64,000 bases of DNA from Patescibacteria group bacterium (GCA_036835125.1 DAITMO010000001.1:421487-485486), one strand, 5' to 3'. Positions 50,981 through 59,369 are shown, numbered from the stretch's first letter. A program made the numbers and translations. The notes: generated by a model from the sequence alone, not told the origin.

Positions 50981-51031
50981 TTATGTATTTGTCAAGCAAC
51001 TTTGTGTACATTTCTGTAGGTAATTCTCATA

Positions 51032-51105
51032 TGGAGCGGGTGAGCGGAGTCGAACCGCCCTTTCTACCTTGGGAAGGTAGCGTTGAGCCGATCAACTACA
51101 CCCGC
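51032..51105 (-). tRNA. tRNA-Gly (anticodon CCC)
   Basis: Reverse complement: acceptor gcgggtg/cacccgc, D-arm gttg-atcggct-caac, anticodon arm ctacc-ttCCCaa-ggtag, T-arm ggcgg-ttcgact-ccgct, discriminator U, CCA encoded; 74 nt. Confidence 0.85.
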
Positions 51106-51174
51106 ATAGGGCTCAAACCACACAAACAATTATACCTCATCCTAATTGTTCAAATTAGTTAGAAAGCTTTTTGT

Positions 51175-51717
51175 TTACCTTGGCAATATTAATATATTTC
51201 CTGTGTGGATAATATTTGGATTATCAAGATTGTTTACTCTAGCAATCTCTGTCCATACAAATCCATCTCCATATGCTCTAACTGCAATATCCCAAAGACA
51301 ATCACCTTCAGAAACTGTATAAGTATCTGCTGTTATAGATGTTAAATCTGTAACTTCAGCTTTTGCTGTAACAGTTGGGGTTTTTGCTTCAACATCATTA
51401 GGAATTATTAATTTTTGTCCAATTTCTAAAGAGTCTGATGTTAAATTATTTGCACTTTTTAGATCAACCCAGTTATATCCAGAACCATATGAATCTTCAG
51501 CTACAGACCAAAGTGATTCACCTTGGGTAACTATATGCTCATTTTGACTCATTGTTGCTTGAGTAGAACTATCAGTAATAACTCCTGAATTTTTATCTTT
51601 AAAGTAATTAACTATCAACACTCCAACTATCACTATAACCAAAGCACCTAAAACCATACTAATATTTTCTTCGTTTAGTTTGATAGTTTTTAGAAGTTTT
51701 TTTAAATTGAATTTCAA
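51175..51717 (-). CDS. LysM-domain protein (two LysM repeats), membrane-anchored
   Basis: N-terminal TM; two LysM repeats (VTQGESLWSVAEDSYGSGYNWVDLKSANNL ... and YTVSEGDCLWDIAVRAYGDGFVWTEIARVNNL ...). Confidence 0.8.
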   Translation of the reverse strand: MKFNLKKLLKTIKLNEENISMVLGALVIVIVGVLIVNYFKDKNSGVITDSSTQATMSQNEHIVTQGESLWSVAEDSYGSGYNWVDLKSANNLTSDSLEIGQKLIIPNDVEAKTPTVTAKAEVTDLTSITADTYTVSEGDCLWDIAVRAYGDGFVWTEIARVNNLDNPNIIHTGNILILPR

Positions 51718-51796
51718 ATTATTTCACCTCCCCCTTAAGGCAGGTAAGTTAGCCTGAATTTAGATGAAGTGGGGTGTGAAGTCAAGTACCTATTTT

Positions 51797-51836
51797 TCCA
51801 AAATAAAAACCTCTAAAATGGCACATATTTTAGGGG
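51797..51836 (-). terminator. rho-independent terminator for the 51913..52341 gene
   Basis: 10-bp stem cctctaaaat/attttagggg (one mismatch), 7-nt loop, followed on the minus strand by ggTTTTTATTTTgg. Confidence 0.45.
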
Positions 51837-51912
51837 TTTATCTTTCACTTACTAATTTTGTTACTTTTGAAATATCTTCCGATTTTTGATCGCATTGATC
51901 AATTTAACAAAT

Positions 51913-52341
51913 CTATCGATGATATTTCGAAAAAAGTTTTTTAACAGATTGTTGTAATGATTTTTGCAAAGATGCTAACGAGCGGACAAAGTGGTGCCAG
52001 AGAGATTCTGGAGAAAGTTCAACTTCCTTATCAATCTTCTGTCCCATCAGAATCTTCTCGATTACCGAGACATAATCTATCGGATCGAAAAGATCTGCAA
52101 TTTTGACAGACAATTCATACCGTTGTATAAAAATCTCAGTAACACCGCGCATTTTCATGATTTTTTTAACAATTTCTTTTCCGACTGGGCCCGTTTCATT
52201 CAAGTATTTATTGCTTTTGTCACGAAGTGGCCAGTTAAATGACTGGATGGTGCAATCGCAAATTTGAAAATTGGTGTGAAAAGTTAAAAAATGAGTGTTA
52301 ACATCACCATTTTCCAACATAACTTCCTTCTTGGAACTCAT
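51913..52341 (-). CDS. hypothetical protein
   Basis: 142-aa ORF between tRNA-Gly and tRNA-Asp; noticeably higher GC than the flanks; no motif recognised. Confidence 0.35.
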   Translation of the reverse strand: MSSKKEVMLENGDVNTHFLTFHTNFQICDCTIQSFNWPLRDKSNKYLNETGPVGKEIVKKIMKMRGVTEIFIQRYELSVKIADLFDPIDYVSVIEKILMGQKIDKEVELSPESLWHHFVRSLASLQKSLQQSVKKLFSKYHR

Positions 52342-52462
52342 ATCATCCTCACTTTCTCATCATCATCAGAATGTCAAAGTGCCCTTGTGCCTAAGGCGAA
52401 AACAATTTTAGCATAATAATATGATTTGTCAATACTACAGGATATAATAATCAACATCTGAT

Positions 52463-52491
52463 TTGCGACTGGTGGTATTTGTTGATAAAAT
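52463..52491 (+). promoter_or_regulatory. putative promoter for tRNA-Asp (TTGCGA-17-TAAAAT)
   Basis: TTGCGA at 52463-52468, 17-nt spacer, TAAAAT at 52486-52491, about 10 nt upstream of the tRNA 5' end. Confidence 0.4.
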
Positions 52492-52501
52492 ACACTCTTG
52501 A

Positions 52502-52782
52502 GAGGTCGTAGCTCAATTGGTTAGAGCGCTTCCCTGTATAAAGTGGCAGCTCTTAAGAGTAATCTTGAGATGATAATCAGGCTAATTCGGGAAATGCCTT
52601 TGAAAGAAGGAGAATCCCGAGCTAAATCTACGCTCAATTAAAAAATGAACGTAGTAAATGTGTAGAGACTATATACCTGATATCCTACCTGGTTCACCCA
52701 GGGGATAATGAGATAGTCCACCTTTTCAGAAATGAAAAGTTTTGCACGGAAGAGGTTGCGAGTTCGAGTCTCGTCGACCCCG
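52502..52782 (+). tRNA. tRNA-Asp (anticodon GUC) interrupted by a group I intron between nt 35 and 36
   Basis: 5' exon 52502-52537: acceptor gaggtcg, D-arm gctc-aattggtta-gagc, anticodon stem cttcc, then loop nt ctgt. 3' exon 52745-52782: cac-ggaag (stem partner)-aggtt-gcgag-ttcgagt-ctcgt-cgacccc-G. Spliced loop is CUGUCAC (as in E. coli tRNA-Asp), discriminator G; one A-C mismatch at 2:71. Confidence 0.8.
52538..52744 (+). ncRNA. group I self-splicing intron (207 nt) in the tRNA-Asp anticodon loop
   Basis: Internal guide GUGGCAG (52543-52549) pairs with 3' exon CAC (P10) and 5' exon CUGU (P1, U.G at the 5' splice site); terminal omega-G at 52744. Conserved P (aattcgggaaa), Q (aatcccgagc), R (gtgtagagactata) and S (gagatagtcc) elements, with gacta/tagtc forming P7. 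Confidence 0.8.
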
Positions 52783-54267
52783 CCCAGAGTGACGGTACTC
52801 AGGTTTTAGGAGTACATCATAGGGCATTTTGAAGCTAAAAACAGGGTTTTTGTTATCCAAATAGAAGTTCTCACCGATATCCATAAGTAATTTTCTCTTC
52901 TCTAAAATTTTATCGCTTTCCATAACACTTCGTGCGTAAAAAGCGTTATCTAGAAATTCTTCAGCTAGTTCCAACCAATTTTCTTCTGAATTTTTGACAT
53001 CCCTAATTAATCCCTCGATTCTAGCCTGTTCACTTAAAGATATATTCTTTTGGATCATAAATTCATCTCTAGTAAGTTCATTATTTGCACGCATTTCAAT
53101 TAATCTACTTATTTTGGTCTGAATCATTCTTTCTTCCTTATTCAGGTGTTCAATTTGTTCATTGTTTCTATTCGATTGATCCTTATTTTTAGCTTTTAAA
53201 AGTTTCACTCCAAGCTCCCAAACATCTTTATCAATCGATATCTTGGAGATTTTATATAACAATCTACCTTCAAAATTTTCCAATCTAACTGGTGATTGAT
53301 CACAATTTCCTTTACGTTTTGTGCAGTGTAAATAAACATATCTGACTGTTCGGTTGGTTTCTTTGTAATATTTAGTTTTGAATGTTGTGGTTATGGCGGA
53401 ATTACATGATGGACATTTTAAAAGGCCATTATAGCTCATTTTATTCCAAATATTCACTTGCGGCTTTGATCGGTCTTTTAACTTTTCTTGTGCGGTATCA
53501 AACAGCGTCTTAGTGATTAGTGGATCATAATTCCCTTTGTAAAGTTGCCCTTTATATTTGAAATAACCATAATAGGATGGATTTGTAAGCATTCGGTGAA
53601 TTTGTTCTTTACAAAGTTTTTCACCATTCCTAGCAGTTAAACCTTGTGAATATAAAAAATTCGCAATGTTTGTAAGCGAATACTGACCAGTAGCTTCCAT
53701 TTCAAAAATTTTTTTAATCAACGGAGCTTCAAATCCGTCTGGAATTAGATTCTTTTTACCTTTCTCGCCGACCATTTTATAACCAAAGAACGAATAACCA
53801 GGATATTCTCCTCGTTCAACCTTGTGCTTTAAACCTCTCAAAACATTTTGGCTCAATACTCGAGAATATTGATTAGCCATTCCAAAATGAATTTGAAGTA
53901 TTAGGTGGTCTGAGTCTGGATTATAAATTTCTCCCGTGGGTGTTCTTATTTCTTTTAAAACACCATCTTGCAATAACTGAAGTATTTCACCCCCTTCTTT
54001 TGGATTTCTACTTAACCTATCTGGTTTCCAGGTAAGTATTGCATCAGCCTTATTAGATTTAATAAGTTCTAACATTTCATTAAACACGACACGTTTATTT
54101 GGTTTGTAGGCAGATTTACTTTCTTGTAAACGGTAAACAATGGGCAAAGATTCTTTCAATGCATATTCTTCACATTCTAAATTCTGGTCGTTTATTGAAG
54201 CCACTTGTTTCTCTTTTGCTTCAGAGGACTTCCTGGAATATCTAATATATCTTAATTTGTTATTCAT
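52726..54267 (-). CDS. large serine recombinase (integrase)
   Basis: N-terminal resolvase catalytic domain (RYIRYSRKSSEAKEKQVASINDQ ... ILTWKPDRLSRN), recombinase domain and Cys4 zinc ribbon (CPSCNS ... LHCTKRKGNC); 513 aa. The last ~19 codons are the antisense of the tRNA-Asp 3' exon. Confidence 0.85.
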   Translation of the reverse strand: MNNKLRYIRYSRKSSEAKEKQVASINDQNLECEEYALKESLPIVYRLQESKSAYKPNKRVVFNEMLELIKSNKADAILTWKPDRLSRNPKEGGEILQLLQDGVLKEIRTPTGEIYNPDSDHLILQIHFGMANQYSRVLSQNVLRGLKHKVERGEYPGYSFFGYKMVGEKGKKNLIPDGFEAPLIKKIFEMEATGQYSLTNIANFLYSQGLTARNGEKLCKEQIHRMLTNPSYYGYFKYKGQLYKGNYDPLITKTLFDTAQEKLKDRSKPQVNIWNKMSYNGLLKCPSCNSAITTTFKTKYYKETNRTVRYVYLHCTKRKGNCDQSPVRLENFEGRLLYKISKISIDKDVWELGVKLLKAKNKDQSNRNNEQIEHLNKEERMIQTKISRLIEMRANNELTRDEFMIQKNISLSEQARIEGLIRDVKNSEENWLELAEEFLDNAFYARSVMESDKILEKRKLLMDIGENFYLDNKNPVFSFKMPYDVLLKPEYRHSGRGRRDSNSQPLPCKTFHF

Positions 54268-54308
54268 AATTAAAAACCTTATTCTAATCTTAAAAGAAAT
54301 GTAAAAGA

Positions 54309-54749
54309 CTAGGATATTTTGATCTCATCATCTTTCTTATCTGATAAATTGAACATTATTTTTGACAACTCGTCTTCTGATTTTAAATAGTATATTGCCA
54401 CATTTGGCAATGACTTTTTTGTTAGGATATTTGCTGTATTTACCTTGAACATGTCCAAGTTTTTTATATACGAGACTCCATTATTTTCCTCCAACAACCC
54501 CTTTTTTATTAATAATTTTCTCAACCTATGAACTTTACTATAACTACAACCCCAAAGTTCTGAGAACTCCTCATCACTTTTAAGTATAGCTCTATAATAC
54601 TTATGTTTTCTATCCCAGTCTGCTTGCATTGAAAACAAAATGTATGCACTTAATTCTATTAAATTCACGACCCCTCTACTGAGTAGATATTGTATACATC
54701 TCAATATTACAATATAACCAGAGTATTTTGTAGAGTATTCAATATTCAT
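54309..54749 (-). CDS. hypothetical protein with putative winged-helix DNA-binding segment
   Basis: 146 aa; WGCSYSKVHRLRKLLIKKGLLEE resembles an HTH recognition helix; no family assigned. Confidence 0.3.
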   Translation of the reverse strand: MNIEYSTKYSGYIVILRCIQYLLSRGVVNLIELSAYILFSMQADWDRKHKYYRAILKSDEEFSELWGCSYSKVHRLRKLLIKKGLLEENNGVSYIKNLDMFKVNTANILTKKSLPNVAIYYLKSEDELSKIMFNLSDKKDDEIKIS

Positions 54750-54766
54750 ATTAAATTTGTATATCT

Positions 54767-55000
54767 TTACCTAAAAATTATTGTTTTTAATCTTCCAATT
54801 GATTCATAGTATGTTCTGGCGTTAACTAACAATTCTCCAAAAAAGTATTTTTTTGATATGCTTTCGCAAAGACCTATATTTTCAAAAACAAAAAAACAAA
54901 TGTTTTTGATACGTTCTATTTTTGAGATTTGTATGCCATAAGTAATCAAGGCGGCTGCTTCTGCCAAATCTCGTGTTTTGTATTCTTCAGAATTTCTCAT
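54767..55000 (-). CDS. hypothetical small protein
   Basis: 77-aa ORF immediately upstream of 54309..54749 on the same strand. Confidence 0.3.
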   Translation of the reverse strand: MRNSEEYKTRDLAEAAALITYGIQISKIERIKNICFFVFENIGLCESISKKYFFGELLVNARTYYESIGRLKTIIFR

Positions 55001-55185
55001 ATTGCATTTTCTTTATAAATCTAAAAGCATTTTCTATATATGAGGTAAGATTTACGGCTATTTGTTTAATTTCCAAATCAGACAGTTGCCTTTTATATCG
55101 AGGTTCAAAAACTTTTTTTATGTTTAATTTTAGTGTGTTATCAAGCCATGTAATTTCCATATCCATTGATTAAAGATTTGCCAAC

Positions 55186-55211
55186 AAAAAACCAGGCCAA
55201 GCAAGCCTGGT
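55186..55211 (-). terminator. rho-independent terminator (minus strand)
   Basis: Stem accaggc/gcctggt with loop caagcaa, followed on the minus strand by TTTTTT (plus strand: aaaaaaccaggccaagcaagcctggt). Confidence 0.45.
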
Positions 55212-55607
55212 ATTACAATCCTTAATTAGCCTAATGGCTAAAACCTAAACAGGTTATGGATATGGCTTTCGACAATACTATTGTCTGTAGCTTCCAAAAA
55301 TAATTTTAGTTAGGTGTTTACTAATTTGTCAACACGACGCAATGTAATAAATGTGGAACCTAAAAACTGTAACGAGGGTACTGGTAGTTCAATCTTAAGG
55401 ATTATTCATTTTGTTAAAAGTCATTGCATACACAGAGTGGAGGGGATACTACTTGCTAGTGCTTGTTAATATTTGTCAAGTTCTTGCATAGTCATTTATT
55501 TAAATATGTTATGCTCTTATTGTTATTGCTGGTTGGAAGGCAATAACTGGCAGAATCCTGTGCCTAATCCATCGCAAAAAGGGTATAGTTCCCATACACA
55601 TAAAGCC

Positions 55608-56225
55608 CTAGTTACTTTGTGGTCTTACTGCACAGGAAGTTTGATACCATATGGGGGTAAATTTTCCTTTATTGTAAGTGTATCTAGTGACTCTATATTC
55701 ACCATTGTTCCAATCAATAGTCTCATGTAGAAAGAAACCATTACTATCTCCGGCTTTTGATATATTCACACTGGCTCCCTGGTATTTAAAAACTATGAAT
55801 CCATCCTTAACAATCACTACATCATTTGGAGTGTGATTCATTGCAGTATTTGCTGTTAAAATTCTTTCATCTATTTGATCACTATCAACATCAAACTTGG
55901 TTTCTGTCCAAGGATTGATACTTTCAGGGGTTGTATAAAATTCACCTCCAAATGGTTCTTTTGTCGAATCAAATTTTTCTTTAAGAGAAATGATTTTTTT
56001 ATTTGAAGTAACCAGAGAAGGAGGATATGAAGCAATTACTTCATATAGCACATCCGAAAGATATTCTTTAGGAAATTCTTTTCCTACATAATGTGGACAT
56101 ATAATTTGAGTAAAGTTTGGTTGTCTAAGATTTTTTGACCTATCAAATATTGTGTTACTAACTAATAAATAAGTTCCAATTATCGAGACTAATGATACTG
56201 CGATGTGGGAGAGTAACTTTCTCAT
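55608..56225 (-). CDS. hypothetical secreted protein
   Basis: 205 aa with N-terminal signal/TM (MRKLLSHIAVSLVSIIGTYLLVSN); overlaps the upstream ORF by 4 nt. Confidence 0.4.
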   Translation of the reverse strand: MRKLLSHIAVSLVSIIGTYLLVSNTIFDRSKNLRQPNFTQIICPHYVGKEFPKEYLSDVLYEVIASYPPSLVTSNKKIISLKEKFDSTKEPFGGEFYTTPESINPWTETKFDVDSDQIDERILTANTAMNHTPNDVVIVKDGFIVFKYQGASVNISKAGDSNGFFLHETIDWNNGEYRVTRYTYNKGKFTPIWYQTSCAVRPQSN

Positions 56226-56437
56226 TTACAAGGTTTATAAACATTAAACCTTTCACATCCAATTCCAGTAAAGTTATTTATCTCTGTTTCCCAGCCACCT
56301 TTAGTGTATGAGAACCTGTTCAACCAAAGCAACAGAATTTGGAGCAAGACAATAATGATTAGAATCACTCTCGCGAAGTATTTTTGATCAACTATTTTTT
56401 TTATTATTTGTAAAAACTTATTCAAAGATTTTTTCAT
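56222..56437 (-). CDS. hypothetical small membrane protein
   Basis: 71 aa with one TM; translationally coupled between the S26 peptidase gene and the secreted-protein gene. Confidence 0.35.
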   Translation of the reverse strand: MKKSLNKFLQIIKKIVDQKYFARVILIIIVLLQILLLWLNRFSYTKGGWETEINNFTGIGCERFNVYKPCK

Positions 56438-57141
56438 TTTGAAAATAATTTAAACATAAATTTGCCAATAATATTTTGTTTTTTGACGACTTGGATATCG
56501 CCACCTCTTTTGTCAAAAAGTACAAGATATTCATCATCTTTCAGTGAAACATTTTGTACCCTATTTTCAGCCCACTGAATCCAATCTGCATATGGTTCAC
56601 TAAGACTATTACCATTAACTACAAGCTCACCTGGGGCAATCTGGAGTGTTTCATTTGGCAAACCCACTATTCTACCCATCCTCTCACTATTGCTAGATAT
56701 GTAGTCAATAACATCGCCTCTCTTCGGAGGGTTTATCTTATAAATAAATTTATTTACCAAGTATGTATCATCATGCACATACAATGGTTCCATTGAGAAT
56801 CCATCAACAATGGCATAGCGAAAGAGACTGGCCCATAAAATCACAATAACAATAAGGCTTGCTACAAGAATTCCGACAATCCTTATTATTTTCCAGATTA
56901 GTTTTTTAGAATGAAGCCAGATTATCATCCAAATAGGAAAACTAAATATACAGGTGAGTAAAGAAATAATTAATGGTAAAGATATCCATAAAGGAGCCGT
57001 ATTAGAAATAAAACCTATTCTAAAAACATCCAGGATAAGAAAAATTACAAATACTATAAACGAATACAGAGAGATTTTCTTTAACAAATTATTTTCATAT
57101 AATTTGTTCTTATTTAGTCCAGGCACGGATTTTTTATCCAT
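56434..57141 (-). CDS. S26 family signal peptidase (SipW/TraF-like) with extended N-terminal multi-TM region
   Basis: IVDGFSMEPLYVHDDTYLVNKF ... PKRGDVIDY ... GLPNETLQIAPGELVVNGN (S26 Ser/Lys dyad context), preceded by ~100 aa with 3 TM helices. Confidence 0.65.
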   Translation of the reverse strand: MDKKSVPGLNKNKLYENNLLKKISLYSFIVFVIFLILDVFRIGFISNTAPLWISLPLIISLLTCIFSFPIWMIIWLHSKKLIWKIIRIVGILVASLIVIVILWASLFRYAIVDGFSMEPLYVHDDTYLVNKFIYKINPPKRGDVIDYISSNSERMGRIVGLPNETLQIAPGELVVNGNSLSEPYADWIQWAENRVQNVSLKDDEYLVLFDKRGGDIQVVKKQNIIGKFMFKLFSK

Positions 57142-57238
57142 ATGAAAGTAATAATTAATCAGATTTTACGCCCTTATTGTAAATAATTGCAAGATATATC
57201 TGGTAAATATATAGCTGGTAATTTATTAACCTTTAGAA

Positions 57239-57451
57239 ATGAATTACCAAACAATATACAGAAAGCTAGGTGAAAGAATTGAATGGTTCAGAAAAGAGAA
57301 AGGAATGACACAAGAGGAGTTGGCAGAAAAAGCTGGTTTACATAGGGCATATTTTTGGGATATAGAAAGGGGTAGAAATATCTCAGTAAGAACAGCGTAT
57401 TTGATATCCAGGGCGTTAGAGATTAAACTATCCACACTTTTCGATTTTTAG
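57239..57451 (+). CDS. XRE-family helix-turn-helix transcriptional regulator
   Basis: 70 aa; MTQEELAEKAGLHRAYFWDIERG is a canonical Cro/C1-type HTH; divergent from the S26 operon. Confidence 0.8.
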   Translation: MNYQTIYRKLGERIEWFRKEKGMTQEELAEKAGLHRAYFWDIERGRNISVRTAYLISRALEIKLSTLFDF

Positions 57452-57521
57452 TTAAAATATTACTTTAATTTTGCATGTTTGCATCTTTGTTATAAAATAA
57501 CTTAGTTCTGTCTAAAACTGA

Positions 57522-58511
57522 ATGACCAAAGCTCAATTAGAAACAAGTATTAAGACATTGGCTGAATTAAGAGATTCTAACGAGATTATCTTTTATTTGA
57601 CTAGTGACAAAAAACCTCCAGAATTGTTTGCAACGGCGATTGCAACAGATACGTTAGCTATATTTGAAAAACATCTATCAAAGATTGGTCAGAAAAATAA
57701 AATTTCACTTTTTCTTAATACAACTGGAGGTAGTCTCGAGGCACCATGGCCGATAGTGTCTTTAATACGTGAGTATTGCAAAGAGCTTGAAGTAATTGTA
57801 CCTTTTCAGGCCTTGAGTGCGGGTACACTTATTTGTTTGGGTGCTGATAAAATTGTTATGACTCCATCAAGTTTTTTAAGCCCAATTGATCCGAGAGGTT
57901 CTTACAGACTTGGTGCTGAAACGAAAAGTATTCAAATAGAGGATGTTGTTGGTTTTATTGACTTTGCTAAGAATAAAGTTGGACTATCGGAACAGGGTTC
58001 TTTAGCCGAGGTTATGAAACTACTATCATCAGAGATACCTCCTTCGATATTGGGATCGGTGAACAGAACCCATTCACTTATAAGAATGCTTGCTGGAAAA
58101 ATGTTGAAATTGCATAAAACAAAACTGGATGATAATCAAATTCGACAGATTGTAGAAAATCTAACTGAAAAGCTATATTCACACCAATATTTAATTGGTA
58201 GAAAAGAAGCGAAAACCGTAGTTGGTTTCCATGGCATAATTCATAATGCGACCTCAGATGAAGAAAAACTAATAAAACAATTAATGAAATATTTTTCTGA
58301 CGAGATGGAATTATCCAAAAAATTTGACCCTGCCGAATATTTACAAGGTGATGCTGTTGAAAATACAATTCGAGTTTCTAGGGCTATTATAAAAAGTTCT
58401 GCTGGTCAGGACACTTATACAACTGATTATAGAATACAGAAAATACAAGATCCGGCTGCTCCCAAACCATTTAATGTAAGTTGGTCTGACAAAGAATGGA
58501 TAGAAAAATAA
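57522..58511 (+). CDS. ClpP-fold serine peptidase of the SDH (serine dehydrogenase proteinase)/S49-like family
   Basis: LFLNTTGGSLEAPWPIVSLIREY (compare ClpP INSPGG) and VPFQALSAGTLICLGADKIVM (nucleophile Ser in LSAG, as in SDH-family AKSAATLIALGADEIVM); 329 aa. Confidence 0.45.
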   Translation: MTKAQLETSIKTLAELRDSNEIIFYLTSDKKPPELFATAIATDTLAIFEKHLSKIGQKNKISLFLNTTGGSLEAPWPIVSLIREYCKELEVIVPFQALSAGTLICLGADKIVMTPSSFLSPIDPRGSYRLGAETKSIQIEDVVGFIDFAKNKVGLSEQGSLAEVMKLLSSEIPPSILGSVNRTHSLIRMLAGKMLKLHKTKLDDNQIRQIVENLTEKLYSHQYLIGRKEAKTVVGFHGIIHNATSDEEKLIKQLMKYFSDEMELSKKFDPAEYLQGDAVENTIRVSRAIIKSSAGQDTYTTDYRIQKIQDPAAPKPFNVSWSDKEWIEK

Positions 58512-58567
58512 GTATTTATGAAGATGACAAAACTGGTTTGAAAAGGGGGTGAAAATATAAAAGATAT

Positions 58568-58810
58568 ATGACAAACAACGACAAATTTGTAAAAACTACC
58601 AGCTATACTGGACAGTTACCAAACACGGGTATTGTTCAAGAAAATACAGCAAAAACCTCGTCTGAACGTGACTATATAGTAATTGATCAACAAGAGCCAT
58701 TTTCAAGCCATCAGTTTTTAACAGTTGATAATAATGATGAAGTAGATGAGGAGATAATAAAAGAAATATCTAATATAAATTACAAACCGATATTATCGTC
58801 GGCTTTATAA
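58568..58810 (+). CDS. hypothetical small acidic protein
   Basis: 80-aa ORF following the protease gene; acidic C-terminus (DNNDEVDEEIIKE). Confidence 0.3.
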   Translation: MTNNDKFVKTTSYTGQLPNTGIVQENTAKTSSERDYIVIDQQEPFSSHQFLTVDNNDEVDEEIIKEISNINYKPILSSAL

Positions 58811-58817
58811 TCCATGA

Positions 58818-59369
58818 ATGTATACGGCAATAAATCCTCAAGAAATTCTTCAAGGAGATTTGATAGTTGATTATGAATTTATTGCACCACCAACAGATGA
58901 ATTGTTGGTGGTTGAGAGGAACCAAAGTGGTGTTTTGATTACTAAACCAGTTTCACAGGTGGTTAAGCCATATATAGGTGGTAAGATAGCCGTCGTAGCT
59001 AATTCTTTCGTTTCAGATGCTATGGTGATATCACAGTCGTGCGATATCCAACGGCGAGATTATGTGCATTTATGTCCAGTACATAAATTAGGAAACCTAA
59101 TTACAGAATTAAGTTCTAAAGGATTTGAACAAAAAAGAATAGATGGCGTTTTGGACGGCTTGAGAAAAAATACAATAAATTATTATTTTTATCTACCACC
59201 AGGCTCAATAAACGAGATTCCTATCGAAGAAAGCTATGTAGATTTACAGTTTGTGGGAATGGCACCTCTTTTAACACTTGGGACTTATTCTAGAACCCTA
59301 TCACTTACTGATTTAGGCAGACATCGTCTTACATTCAAGCTAACTAATTTGTATAGTAGACCTATTTAG
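58818..59369 (+). CDS. hypothetical protein
   Basis: 183-aa ORF, no motif; followed by a clear terminator. Confidence 0.35.
   Translation: MYTAINPQEILQGDLIVDYEFIAPPTDELLVVERNQSGVLITKPVSQVVKPYIGGKIAVVANSFVSDAMVISQSCDIQRRDYVHLCPVHKLGNLITELSSKGFEQKRIDGVLDGLRKNTINYYFYLPPGSINEIPIEESYVDLQFVGMAPLLTLGTYSRTLSLTDLGRHRLTFKLTNLYSRPI

Larger units (their letters stand above)
49619..51046. mobile_element. putative ~1.4 kb integrated islet at the tRNA-Gly 3' end (cargo: UDG-like glycosylase and NUDIX hydrolase; no integrase)
   Basis: Bounded by the 15-bp direct repeat of the tRNA 3' end; interior looks more GC-rich than the surrounding genome; cargo genes convergent. Confidence 0.5.

Noticed and set aside
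55473-55730. 85-aa ORF in the 607-nt gap
   Set aside because: Cys/Tyr-rich low-complexity sequence, overlaps the 3' end of the 55608..56225 gene on the opposite strand, no RBS; likely noncoding.
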